Numbered from the stretch's first letter, positions 14,701-27,805 are shown. The stretch: 64,000 nt of DNA from Hydrolagus colliei (GCA_035084275.1 CM068772.1:3100001-3164000); one strand, 5' to 3'. Translations and numbers: made by a program. Notes: a model not told the origin generated them from the letters alone.

Positions 14701-15584
14701 TGACCCTAATGGGTGGACTTTACATCTTTGCACATCAGCTAAAAGAGAAATGACCCATTCAAAATAAGGAGGAACTTATTTATTAAAACAGCCATGGGAA
14801 TGTGGAACTCTCTACAGAAGCTGTGGTTGAAATAAATTACATTAGTTCATTTCACACAAGATCAGTTACTAATGCAAAAAAAAGGCCATTTGACCCATCT
14901 GATCTCACACTTCAGTATATGCATAACTCCTATGTTTCATCAAAGTACTATCTTATTTTAATGAATACATTAACAAATTTAATTTCTCTTGGAAACTAAA
15001 CCTATATCCCCTTCTGTTTCCTTAATTTACCTTTTCAATCCCATTTTAATTTTTATAGACCTCTACAAGGTTCCTTCCGAGACATCTCATTTCAAGACTG
15101 AAGAGCCCAGCCTGTCTATCGGTGCTCATAGCTCATTTTTGAAAATACTTTAAAAATACCTTTTTACTTTAGTGTTCATCAATGAATGTCACTTTTTTAC
15201 CTCTGTCCCAGAATACTGTACTATCTATTTTACTGTTTGCTCTACCTACTGAGGTTGAAACAAGATATTGCTTAGTACCACTGGGACATAAAAGTTATTG
15301 GTACAATGAAGCAATTGAAAAGATACTTATCAGCACAGTTCAAATCTTTTCTACAGAAATTTCCTAACATATTTGTGAATCATCACATCTGTTAGCCTGA
15401 TGGCATTAGAAGAATTTGTCCAAACTATGATAAGGCCCAAACGATATCCTTTCTATGTGGTAATCGTCACTAAATTATACTTTTATCTTTCATCCACATT
15501 ACAAACAAATCCAAGAACGACTAAAATACATGGGGTGGGGGGGGGGGGGGGGAGGGTTGGGGATGGAAAGAGGATGAAGTATTT

Positions 15585-15825
15585 GTGTTAAAAGCACTCA
15601 CATCGCAAGCGAGATGACCTGGGTTCAATTCCCAAACAGGTCAAAACATTGAGCAAGTTTCCTTACCCCACATGCCTCTGGTTACCTAGCGGTAAGTAGG
15701 AACCTAATTGTTAATCAAATGGTGGATGGATTGTTTATGAAATAACAGTATATTTTGTGATGTGATTTAAAACCACTCGATGTTATGAAAAGGCACTATA
15801 TGAAATGCAAAGATTATTATTGATA
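15585..15825 (+). mobile_element. tRNA-derived SINE (older, internally shortened copy)
   Basis: AGCACTCACATCGCAAGCGAGATGACCTGGGTTCAATTCC (B-box-like) and a tail ...AGGCACTATATGAAATGCAAAGATTATTATT. Confidence 0.7.
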
Positions 15826-17174
15826 ATAATGTTACTAGAATTATAATGCTATCTATCCATCCACAAACGTTTACACTGGGAAGACGGAAGGAGAACACTG
15901 ATCATCGGCAGCCACATGTCCAAGTTCTGTTCTTGCTTCCCAATCTTAACAAAGAAATACTGAACAGAACTTGTAGTGTCTCCCAATAGAGGAGGAGGGA
16001 GTGGGGGGGGTTAAAAAACAAACCAGAAAGCTAAATCACATCTGGGTGGTCCTGCCACTTCCTGTGAGCAACTTACTGCAGGACAAACTGCAGTGGCCTG
16101 GGACCAAGCAATGTCTGTGCTCTCACTGCGACAGGCTGATCAGTTCAAGGAAAGAATAAATTAAAAAGTACTAAAGGAGGAAAAAACATACATTGGAAAT
16201 ATTTTTAAACAGGTTTTACTGTAGCAATCAATTAAAGCACAACAATCTCACTGCTAAAGACATTTTGACAATATAACACAAGGTAAATGATCTCCAGTGT
16301 TCCCAAAGCACTTGCAGTCTTGAGCCTTATTTAAATTATATTGTACACCATATTTTGATCTCATAATTGGTAAAGAATTTAAAGAAATTCAGCAGAACAC
16401 AGAATGTTAAATGTCCTGATTGTTATGAAAATTTGATGCATTTTTCCCCACAATAACTGCATGCTCTGGGTTCTTCCCACCCCATTGCCCCTCCCACCAC
16501 CCCAACCCATTTACTCAAGTAAATGGGCTCTATGCCATTTAGGCAAAATATTTCAAACGTGTTGAAGATATTTTTGATCGACAGAGGCATAATAAAAACA
16601 GAAACTGAAGTTTTACCTTCCAAAATTCATCATCTCTTTCCTCATCCCCTTCCCAGAACTACCTACCATCTAAAAAAGGATCAACTCGAACCTTGGGGTT
16701 GATTTGGAGGATTTGTTCTGTGGATGGAAGGAAACAAATATTTACCAGCTTATTCCAGTAAAAACATTTAATCACAGTTCCCGTCGCCTATTTGTAACTT
16801 GTGACCATCCAAATAGACTTTGCCCACACCCCACCCCCCACACATAAAAACCATGTGTCAGTCCTCAAGATAAACTTCATCACCTTCTAAACAGTTCAAA
16901 ATGACAGGAAATTTTGTGGCACCAAGCTGACTGGTATCAATTTCAAACCTACTCTTAAAAAGACCTTCTCCCACTGGATTGCTTAATCTAAAGCAGCCGT
17001 CCGCCTCATACAGTGTAAGATGATCCTGAAAGGATGTCAGTTTGGCAAGTTTCAAATGCTTCTAATGCCATTCTAAATGACGAGGGCAAAAAAAAGGTCT
17101 ACATCATTAACATTTATTTAACTTTCCTAAAAATGAATATATTTTTTCATATTTTAATATACGAAAATATTACA

Positions 17175-17647
17175 CACTAAGCTCCACGACCACATCAGTC
17201 CCACCCTCGCTCAGCTCTATTGGCTCCCCATCCCCCAGAGGATCGGATCCTCGTCCTCATTTTCAAGGCCATTCACGGCCTTGCCCCCTCCTACCTCTCC
17301 GACCTGCTGTCTCCCTATGAATCTGCCCACCCCCTCCGTTCATCGGGCTCCAGTCTGCTCTATGTCCCCCACCTGACCCACCCTACCATTGGTGGACGGG
17401 CTTTCACCCTCTTTGCCCCCACATCCCAGAACTCCATCCCACAGTCCCTTCACCTCGCTTCCTCCCTTGCCTCCTTCAAGGCCACTCTCAAGGCCCTCCT
17501 CTTCGATCGTGCCTTCTGCTGCCTTCCCAACTCACTCCCTCCCCACCCTATCCCACCCCCTTGCTCCCGACCCAACTGTTCGAGAGTGCCTTGGTATGTC
17601 CTCCCAATGTGAAAGGCGCTCTATAAATGTAATTTTGTTGTTGTTGT
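17175..17647 (+). mobile_element. 5'-truncated L2 LINE (ORF2 C-terminus plus 3' tail)
   Basis: Translation HDHISPTLAQLYWLP / ILVLIFKAIHGLAPSYLSDLLSPYESAHPLRSSGSSLLYVP...IGGRAF is typical of the L2 ORF2 end. Tail ...GTGAAAGGCGCTCTATAAATGTAATTTTGTTGTTGTTG. Confidence 0.88.
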
Positions 17648-19707
17648 ATTGAATCACCTCCTCTCATTTATTTTTCATGGTATAGGTATTACAGCAAGTA
17701 GCAAGAACAATATTTGTAAAGTAATATTTTTATATCATAGATGTTAAGTCATTTACTTAACAACAAAGCAGTATGGAGGTTGAAATCCCAGCAAGGTTTG
17801 TCCTTTATGTCTAACAACAACAGTTGTGATGAGCTTCTGCAGTACTGTCTGCCAAATCATTACGGCAAGGACATCATAACCTACCAGCTTTCTTGTAGGA
17901 ACAGTTAATTATGAGGGTGGTCAGGGTTTCAGAAACAGCCATCCTCCACTATTCTACTACATTGCAAGTTGAAGAAAAACTTTTATTTTAATATTATAGT
18001 AAAACTGCATTCGGCAAAACTATCCCAAAAGCTGGCTGATAAAGTCAACGTCCCACACTAAAGTGTTAATGCCAATTGTTAGTGCCTTTATAATCGCCCA
18101 AACTGAGTATCTACCAACTCAAATATCAAACCTGGTACTCGTCTGTTCTGCCCGTGTGTAACACACCGTTCAATAAATTTTCCCACCAAACCATTGAGCA
18201 TGCAGTGATAATTTTTGGCCATTATAAATAAATCCAAATGAATGCATAGAGCATACAGCTTATTGGAAGTGCAAAATGTTAGCTTCAAGGGCACAGCTGT
18301 TATAAAACTAGACAACACAGCCTGCAGACATAATTTATACCAATCTTTTGTTAACCCAACTGGAGAGCAGATTGAGTGGGGGTGTTTCTTAACCCTGCTT
18401 TCTAAGATAACCCAGTCAAATCTAATGGAACTTACCCCCATGTGTAGCTGGAATATAAATCAAGACAAGAAAGCCAGAATTGAAGCCTGAGCCAAGATTA
18501 TTTAAACTCCGTCGCATTACATATAAAGGACGAACGTAACCTGATGACTTGCGAACTGAGAATGAATTGTGGTCGAATAGCGCACAGATATATTTGCACC
18601 GTTTTGTCGATTTTCACTCTTAAACTAGAGATGATTAAGTGCTTGATATTAGATCAGATTTCCATAAATAAGGGATTTTGACTGTACCATAAAGAAATGC
18701 AAGGAGCAGTTGTGTTGCCAACCAACTATCTACAAATGTGTGGTAAGCATACAAAGTGTATAAAACAACAACAACAACAACAACAACAACAAAATTATAC
18801 TTGTACAGCACTGCCTTTCACGTCAGGAAGACGTCCCAAGGCACTGGACGGTCATTGTTTCAGACCCGAGCTGCAATATGTCAGATACGATAATCAATCT
18901 CCAGATCACAGTCTGCTTATACTTGATTTATACCAAGTAGCCATCACCAAGGTCATAGGAAATAAGTGCATGCTTATGTAAATTTCATGCATACCTTAAT
19001 ACAAGAAAAATTTATGGAAAAAAATGAATCGCATCAATGGTATTCATAAAATTTTATACACTGAACAACATAATAGGAATTTGTTTAAAAATCTTTTTAC
19101 CATTATTTCTCTGAGATTAACAGAATGCTGCTGCCAAGACATAATTTATAAAACAAATCCATTGTCTGAATATTGTAATCTCAATGACAAGCAATTAACA
19201 TATTACCTTTAACTGTGCTCAAACCAAAAAAAATGTTTGGCAATGACTCAATAATGCAGTTATCTTGGGTATAATTTGTTTGCAGAAGAAATCTATGACT
19301 AATCTACATTATCTGTAGAAGCTTGCCTTTGCAAGATTGCAACCTACAAGTCATTCTTTAATAGCAAGCACAGAACTGTGCTCTTTCCCCATAATTGAAT
19401 ATACCTTCATGTTTTGTGATCATATGGTTAAACATATACTCATCTTTGATGAAGAAATACAATTAGCTTTCTTGAGAAAATAAACAAACTCTCGCCTCAT
19501 ATATAAAAAAACAAATAAAAGATGTTTGCAGGCATGAAATGATGGAGTCAAGAAGAGACAAGTGCAGTCTGCATCACTTAGATTTTCACATGCCTTTGGC
19601 ATTTTTTGTGCCATAACACCAATGTGCTGCCAAAGATGCAAAACCTTAAAATGTTCCACAAGTGGTTCATGCAAAGGGCTACAACACAACTATGCAAAGA
19701 TGTGGCA

Positions 19708-19797
19708 GGGGGGGGGGGGGGGGGGCGGGGGGGGGGAAGGGGGAGGGGGGAAGGGGGGGGGGGAAGGAGGGGAGGGGGGGGGGAAGAGGAGGGAGGG
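19708..19797 (+). repeat. G-rich homopurine run (G-quadruplex-capable)
   Basis: ~90 nt of G tracts separated by single A/C bases. Confidence 0.85.
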
Positions 19798-21042
19798 AAA
19801 GAAAAAAAGAAAAAATCCTGAATTATGTTTGATAGTTAAAGCATCAACTTCCATTATGACAGTCGAGGTTAGTGCAAAACTGCTGCCCATAAAAGCTACC
19901 ACCGTACTGAACATCACATATGGAAAAAATTAGGTCACTAGATAATGCAGAGTATAGTCGAGACCCAAAATACCGCTTAAATTGTTTCACAAAATAAATA
20001 TTTTCCTGCACTAGTATCTTATCATCTAATTTGCTCACCTACATTAACGATTGTCTGATTAGTCCAACCACAGAAATTATTTTTTATATAAACCAATGAA
20101 AGAATTCCAGTGACATTCTTTGCATAATTCTGGAAATTTGTATGTTTACTTGACTTTGCTAACATGCTGAGAGTAGAGGTATTTGTCCAGTTGGAGGATG
20201 CTCTCATTTATTCCATATGGAGTCAAGCTGCTCACTAAGAGACTCACAAGTTCTAACAAGGTAGGGTGGTCCCAAATCAGTGAACAAATATCCAAATGAC
20301 AAATCACCATGGGGAGACAAAACTGGCAGCATCTTCTACAATATAATTTTCACTCAATAAGTTCTAAGGATTTTGTGTTGCACCATCTGATTTCATCAAA
20401 ATATACAGTTTATATTATTGTATTAAATCTTTTAAAAAATTGCAACAAAAAAGTTTGGTTAAATTTTAGGCAGGTTTCATTTATGAGAAAGATATTCACA
20501 TAACCTCACCTAAAATGATCTACAACATTAACCTAACCCTAAACATCTAAGATTAGCTGCAGTCTTGAGTATTTTTAAATAATTAATCATTTTAATATTT
20601 TCGAGATGCAACCATCGCAAATTCCTCTCTTCCAGCTGGTCACATTCCACTTTTCTCTGAGGGAATCTGGTCCTGTCTCTAGTGGCAAAACTGTATGCTA
20701 CAGTACTTCAATAGAAATGAAGTAAAAAATATAAGATGATTGCTCCATTGAGTATTCAATTATAAAACAATGAATAAGATGTACATATTTGTACTGACTG
20801 GCCCATTGGATGTCAGTATTCTCTACTGGAATTTTTACAACTGGCCTTTCAAACTATTTCATTCATACATTATGAATGAATAAATCATGGCTCAAGTCAA
20901 TCATTCAGTTCACTATAATCACATTTATGGGCAGTAGATTACATATTTTTCACCAATGCATTGCTGTTATTGCAAAATATTTTGGATAAACTAATTAAAT
21001 AAAACAAAGGCTCTGTGATGTATTGAATAAGTAGATTAATGT

Positions 21043-21310
21043 GGAATCCTGAAGCTCAGTGGTTAGAGCACTCACCTCACAAGTGAGACCTGGGTTAGAT
21101 TCCCAGCAGGGCAAAATGATGAGCAAGTTCTTATATTCCACACGACTCTGTTTACCTGACAGTAAATAGGTTGACAGATCGTGTTTCCGGGGGTAATAAT
21201 TCCTTCCAAAAAATTGATCCGTTAAACCCATGACTCTGTGGAATATTTTGAGACTTCTTGAAGATGTGATGAGGCATCAAATGCAAGGATTATTATTATT
21301 ATTATTATTA
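21043..21310 (+). mobile_element. tRNA-derived SINE with (ATT)n tail
   Basis: A-box AGCTCAGTGGTTAGAGC, B-box-like GGTTAGATTCC, tail ATCAAATGCAAGG(ATT)n. Confidence 0.8.
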
Positions 21311-21516
21311 TCCCTGAAAGCCTATTCAGTGGACAACGATGGTTGCATCTCGACAACTGAACAGATCAGGGGAGGCTCCATACCAAGCTTATGCTCTTTG
21401 CCAAGGTAGCACTAGGATATATTAGTTTTGATGAGTTGTGATAAGGAAAGGCATGGAAGAAAATCGGTCCAAGCTCCAACACATAATCACCTTCCACCAA
21501 ATCCAACAACGGAAAT

Positions 21517-22360
21517 CAACAACAACAACAAAATTACACTTGTATAGCGCCTTTCACGTCAGGAGGGCATCTCGAGGCACTGGACGGTCATTGTTTCAGA
21601 CCGGTGCTGGGGTTGGGGAAAGGGGAGGATTTGGGGTGACCAATGGAAACGCCAAAGAGGAGGATCTTGGGGTGGGACTTGAAGGAGGACAGCGAGGGGG
21701 CGAGGTGGAGGGATTGTCGGATGGAGTTCCAGAGGTTGGGGGCAGAGTGGCTGAAGGCTCGCCCGCCAATCATGAGTGTCGGGGGATGTGGAGCAGGCTG
21801 GAGACTGCTGAGCAGAGGGGGCGGGTAGGTTGGTAAGGAATTAGGAGGCCACAGAGGTAGGGTAGGGCATGAATGTGAAGACCAGGATGTTGAATTGGAT
21901 CCTCTGGGTGATGGGGAGCCAATGGAGTCGAGCAAGGATGGGGGAGATGCGGTCATGAAGCTTGAAGTGGTAGGGGACAAGAGCCGCAGAATTCTGGATT
22001 ATCTGCAAACTATGGAGGGAGGAATTGGACAGCTGACAAGCAGGGTATTGGCGTAGTCAAGCTGGGATGTAATGAAGGCGTGAATGAGGGTTTCAGCAGC
22101 CTTGGGGAGTGAGGTAGTGGTGGAGTCAGGCAATATTGCAGAGATGAGGGAAAGCAGAGCGGGTCATGACTTGGATGTGGGGGAGGAAAGACAGCTGAGG
22201 ATCGAACAAGACCCTAACTGACTGGCTTCAAGAGGTTGAGTGAGAAACCACGGAGGTTGATGCTGCCTGTGCCTGATGCATGAAGGCAGTGGCACGAGTC
22301 AATCAGGAAGGCCTCAGTCTTGTTGACATTCAACTGTAGATTAGCTCTCATCCAAGACTG
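21517..22360 (-). mobile_element. 5'-truncated L2 LINE, ~840 bp
   Basis: Reverse-strand ORF fragments such as IGGRAFSHSAPNLWNSIRQSLHLAPSLSSFKS, an LQLNVNKTEAFLI-like remnant near 22330, and a (CAA)n tail on the plus strand at 21517. Confidence 0.85.
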
Positions 22361-23384
22361 AGCTCTCATCCAAATCAGAGACTATCCCCACTCCCAATCA
22401 CAGGAACAGTCAAAAGGTCTATACCCACTAACACACGGCTCACATATGAATGACAACTTGGATGAGGCTTAAGAAGAAAACTTTGACCCATGAAACCATG
22501 CTCAACTGAAAGAAAATCAATGACAATCTGGTTTCTGTAGCAATGCATTGCATCAACTGCCCAACCGAACTCAGCTAACAGGGAGCATTCAAAGAAACCT
22601 TATTTACCCCCCTCCCACCAAAACAAAATCCATCAATTTGGTGATCGGTATTCTAAAATTACTGGATGTTTCTGCATTAGTGAGAAAATCAATCCAAAAT
22701 CTCCAAATCCCAGCGTTCAGATCTCATTTTGTCCTCTAGGTGAAACACAAGAGTTCTATTCCTTTAATTCGCCTCGGCTTTTAAGCGGAAATTTTTTTTT
22801 TTGCAAATGACACATCGAACCAACCACTAGCAAAACATTTGTTGCCTTAATGGAGAAGGAGAAGAAAAGGGGAGGAAGGAGAGGGGTGAAAAGAGCCAAA
22901 ACACATTCCACTGCCAAACTCACCTCCAAACAAAAAAATCACGGTCACCCAATGGGAGAGAGAAAAAAATGTTCTCTCTCCCACCCCCCCAACCCACTCG
23001 TCCACCCCCCGACTCCCCAAAAAACGTTTTTTATATTTAAAAAAAGTTTGCCACAACCTGTTACATAATCTGACTGCGTTTTATTAGAATAATACATTAT
23101 TATTACTACATGTATATGAAACAAAATACAAGAAAAATCTTACAAGATACGTGGGGAGTGGTGGTGGTGGTGGGGGGGGAGGGAGGGGGAGAGAAATGAA
23201 GACACAGATACACATTACATTACAGCCCCGTTAAACAATATTGTTCCAGGTCTCTCCAATGCCATGTCACGCACAGATTTGAAGGAGCCTGATGAGAGCC
23301 AGGCGCAGTGCAGTGCTCGCTCTCTCTCTCTCTCTGTGCCACAAAAAACACCCTTGCCCCGGACAATTTTAGGTACTTAACACT

Positions 23385-23405
23385 GATATATGTGTGTATA
23401 TACAG

Positions 23406-23438
<33 letters not shown>

Positions 23439-23760
23439 TATTTATATATATATTTATATATATATACATTTATATATTAATGTTTGTATATATATATATA
23501 TAGTTCATATATATGTAGTGTGTATATAGTGTATATATATGTAAATAACACTCACACGTTTAGCACATTTATACAGCAAAATGTATATTTTTAATATACA
23601 CACATATATATGAACACACATAGATATATAAATATAATATATATAAGCTATATATTAACTCAAAAAAAATCCTTACCATATATACACACACACCACACAT
23701 ATATATATATGGACACACATACATACAGATATATAAAATATATATGTATAAGATATAAAC
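23385..23760. repeat. Degenerate (TA)n/(CA)n low-complexity tract at the start of LRP1 intron 1
   Basis: Visible alternating TA/CA runs. Confidence 0.9.
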
Positions 23761-23802
23761 TGTATCAATCACCCCCACCTAAAACAAAACCAATCTCCTT
23801 AC

Positions 23803-23886
23803 CTTCGGCCGCCTGGGTGGACGAGAGCAATTCAATGCTGGAGAAAACCCCAAATAACAGCGCAGACACACTCCGAGGGCAGGCAT
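23803..23886 (-). CDS. LRP1: LRP1 coding exon 1 (signal peptide), with an apparent 2-nt frameshift
   Basis: ATG at 23886-23884 in ACAATG context, strong donor GAAG|gtaagg at 23803/23802. The frame that joins exon 2 reads VSALLFGVFSSIELLSSTQAAE|AQKTC (hydrophobic, signal-peptide-like). ATG to donor is 84 nt, whereas 82 or 85 is needed for phase 1. Confidence 0.75.
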
Positions 23887-24301
23887 TGTGCAAACAAAAT
23901 AATGATGATGATGGTGCTGGCAATCACACACACAGGCACAGAGAGAGAGACTGAGACAAACACACAGAGAGATATAGTGAGAGAGACACACACACACAGA
24001 GAGAGAGAGAGAAAGAGGGAGAGACACGCAGACACGGGATAAATCTCTCTCTCTCTCTTAGTGTATATATATATATATATATATTATAATATATATATTA
24101 AGGAAAAAGTCTCTCGTCTCGGTTTTTTCTCCCCCAAAAAAAAATCAGCAACACTGGCTTCGTCTACTCCTCAGATTTATCTCCATCGCGCATCAAAAGA
24201 GATGCGCCTTTTTTTTTTTGGGGGGGGGGGTTGTGAGGGGGGTGGGGGGAGGGGGTTTGGTGGTGGGGGGGGGGGTTAAGGAGATATGGGGGGAGGGGGG
24301 A

Positions 24302-24501
24302 NNNNNNNNNNNNNNNNNNNNNNNNNNNNNNNNNNNNNNNNNNNNNNNNNNNNNNNNNNNNNNNNNNNNNNNNNNNNNNNNNNNNNNNNNNNNNNNNNNN
24401 NNNNNNNNNNNNNNNNNNNNNNNNNNNNNNNNNNNNNNNNNNNNNNNNNNNNNNNNNNNNNNNNNNNNNNNNNNNNNNNNNNNNNNNNNNNNNNNNNNNN
24501 N
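24302..24501. other. Assembly gap (200 N)
   Basis: Run of N. Confidence 1.
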
Positions 24502-25915
24502 TGGGGGACACACACACACACACATACACACAGGGGCACAGAGAGGGGGGGACACACACACAGGGAGACACACATACACACACACACACAGGGAGACACA
24601 CACACACAGGGGCACAGAGAGGGGGGGGGACACACACACACGGGCACAGAGAGGGGGACACACACACACACACGACACACACAGGGCACAGAGAGGGTGA
24701 CACACACACACACACACAGGGGCACAGAGAGGGGGACACACACACACACACAGGGGCACAGAGAGGGGGACACACACACACACACACACGGGCACAGAGA
24801 GGGGGACACACACACACACACACCAGGGGGCACAGAGAGGGGGGGGAACACACACACAGGGGCACAGAGAGGGGGGGGGACACACACACACACAGGGGCA
24901 CAGAGAGGGGGGGGACACACACACACACAGGGCACAGAGAGGGGGGGAACACACACACACACACGGGCACAGAGAGGGGGGGGACACATACACACACAGG
25001 GGCACAGAGAGGGGACACACACACACACACAGGGGCACAGAAGGGGGGGACACATACACACATACACAGGGGCACAGAGAGGGGGGGACACATACACACA
25101 TACACAGGGGCACAGAGGGGACACATACACACACACAGGAGGACACACACACACACGGGCACAGAGAGGGGGACACACACACACACACAGAGAGGGGAAC
25201 ACACACACAGGGACACAGAGAGGGACACACACACACACAGAGGGGGAACACACACACAGGGACACAGAGAGGGACACACACACACACACAGAGAGGGGGA
25301 ACACACACACAGGGACACAGAGAGGGACACACACACACAGAGAGGGGGAACACACACACAGGGACACAGAGAGGGGGACACACACACACAGAGAGGGGGA
25401 ACACACACACAGGGACACAGAGAGGGACACACACACAGAGGGGGAACACACACACACACACAGGGGCACAGAGAGAGGGGGAACACACACACAGGGCACA
25501 GAGAGGGGGGGAACACACACACAGGGGCACAGAGAGGGACACACACACACATACACACAGAGAGAGGGGGAACACACACACGGACACAGAGAGGGACACA
25601 CACACAGACAGGGAGGACACACACACACACACACAGAGGGACACACACACACACACACACAGGGGGGAACACACACACGGGCACAGAGAGGGGGACACAC
25701 ACACAGGGGCACAGAGAGGGGGACACACACACAGAGAGAAGGGGACACACACACAGGGGCACAGAGAGGGACACACACACAGGGGCACAGAGAGGGGGAC
25801 ACACACACAGAGAGAGGGGGGGACTGGGGACGCACACACACACACGGAGAGAGGGGGGGGACCTGGGTGTGGGAAGGGGGGGGAGGGACACACACATACA
25901 CAGAGAGGGGGGGGG
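24502..25915 (+). repeat. Compound minisatellite, unit about (CA)4-8 GGGGCACAGAGA G5-8 (~25-35 bp)
   Basis: Dozens of visible tandem units. A variant subarray with GGGACACAGAGAGGG/GGGGAAC occupies ~25180-25450. Confidence 0.95.
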
Positions 25916-27129
25916 GGTGGGGAGGGGGGCTCATCCCCCAACATCCCCCCCCCCACCCTCCCTCACCCTCAGCATCGCTGTCACACAGCCTACCCCCTCC
26001 TCACCCCCCCCTCTAAGTCTCTCCCCACCCCCCCCCTCTCTCCCCCCCCCCACCCCCTCTCTCCCCCCCCCCACCCACCACTGTTTTTTTAGTTTGTTAG
26101 TTTTCAAAAGAAAAAAAACTTTAAATCGATTCAAAAAACAATAGTTTCACACACACCCCCCCCTCACACACACATTCCCCTCCCCCCCCACCCCTCCCTC
26201 CCCGCACACACACTCCCCCCACCCCCCCCACACAGTGACAACAAGAACAGTCTCTGTGTACGTTCGCGTGTCGGTGGGATGTCCCACGGTGGGCAGAGGA
26301 TCAGCTTCTCACACTGTCCCCCACAACATCCCGCATAATGTCGCGTTACACTCACCCCACAAATATATACACACACACTCATACACACATACATACACAC
26401 ACACACATATATATACACTCATACATACACACACACTCACATACACACACTCACACACACAGTCACTTCACTTGACAGTATATTCTGTGAAGCGCTTTGA
26501 GTCACAGTCTAGATTAGACGTGAAAAGCCGCCGCATCAAATGCAAAGATTATTATTATTATTTTATGATTGTGGTGTGTGTATTTACGCAGACACACACA
26601 CGCATACACACATATATATATCTCCCCCACAAATATACAGTCAATTCGCTTGACAGTCTATCCTGCGAAACGCTTTGAGACACAGACGTGAAAAGCCATG
26701 ATATCAAACACCAGGATTATGATGGTGATGATCCTCTGTCTGCTCTCTGTGGCAGACAGTACACACAGTGAATGTCACCCATTGCGTCGAGACAAACAAC
26801 CCCCAAAACAGTTCACTGACAACTGCTGCCTGGTCAGCGTCACTCTCACCCACAGCAAACTCTCACCCACAGCCCGGGGAGGGGAGGGGAGGGGAGGGAA
26901 TGATTCATTTTGTTTCAAGTATTGTTGGCCTGGGACACTTCTCTTTTCCAATAAAAGCGATGGAACAGTTATGTCAGTGTAAACTTTCGCCCAGATGATT
27001 ACAGCCTGGACAATGCTCTCTCCCCCCCCCCCCCATCTCTCCCCCTCTCTCCCCCCCATCTCCCCCTCTTCCCCCCCCCCCCCCCCCCACCACACACACC
27101 CCAGAGCTGTAAGGGAGAGTCATCCCCTC

Positions 27130-27642
27130 CGTGTACAGTGATTTCACCGCACTGTGTATGTGTGTGTGTGTGGACATTGCCGAACCCACAGTCTCTCAGC
27201 GAGTGCAGCGAACGAATGAACCCTTGCATTCGCTGTCGCGCCCTAACAAATCTTTTAAGGCGTCTCGGAGCGCTTGGCAGGATACACCCGCCTGCGTACT
27301 TCGTGAGCAGAGAGCCGCGAGGGGAGAGAGGGGGGGCCAGTGAGACCCTCGTGAATGTTTTCTCGAGGCGTTTCGATGGGGAATTCGATCCGTTTGCGTT
27401 GCCGCCAACTAACCGAACACGATTTAAACGATCTGCTCTCCCCCGCAGCTCCTGACTCTCGGCGCGAGGGAGAGCGAGACCCGGACAAGAGAGACAACCG
27501 CACAGCGAACGTGAGGCCGACGGCGCGCAATGGGCCCTCTCTCCCACCCGTTACCGACCGCACGGACTGGCCTTGAGGCGAAGGTGCTGCTTTGTACGCG
27601 GGCCCTCCCTGGGGGGAGGGGCGATGACCCGAAGCTGATCTG
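27130..27642. promoter_or_regulatory. CpG-rich island-like segment between the divergent LRP1 and MBD 5' ends (candidate promoter)
   Basis: Dense CpG dinucleotides (CGGCGCGAG, CGACGGCGCGC, GTACGCG) compared with the CpG-poor LRP1 intron. Lies upstream of both genes. Not quantified. Confidence 0.45.
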
Positions 27643-27805
27643 NNNNNNNNNNNNNNNNNNNNNNNNNNNNNNNNNNNNNNNNNNNNNNNNNNNNNNNNNN
27701 NNNNNNNNNNNNNNNNNNNNNNNNNNNNNNNNNNNNNNNNNNNNNNNNNNNNNNNNNNNNNNNNNNNNNNNNNNNNNNNNNNNNNNNNNNNNNNNNNNNN
27801 NNNNN
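27643..27805. other. Assembly gap (163 N); probably hides the MBD start codon
   Basis: Run of N. Sequence resumes at GGG AAG GAT TGT, which aligns with residue 4 of MBD5 MNGGKEC. Confidence 0.95.

Noticed and set aside
17220-17652. 130-aa and 87-aa ORFs as host genes
   Set aside because: They are translations of a truncated L2 LINE 3' end, as are the ORFs at 21438-21980 and 49658-49921.
19562-19933. Poly-Gly / poly-Pro ORFs
   Set aside because: Produced by a G homopolymer tract inside LRP1 intron 1; no splice or homology support.
24502-25915. Repeat array as a CRISPR-like locus
   Set aside because: The intervening sequences are just (CA)n of variable length, there are no unique spacers or cas genes, and the context is vertebrate.
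24164-26016. 550-590 aa Cys/Val/Pro-rich and Thr/His/Gly-rich ORFs (keratin-associated- or metallothionein-like look)
   Set aside because: They arise from a stop-poor minisatellite open in several frames and run through a 200-N gap.
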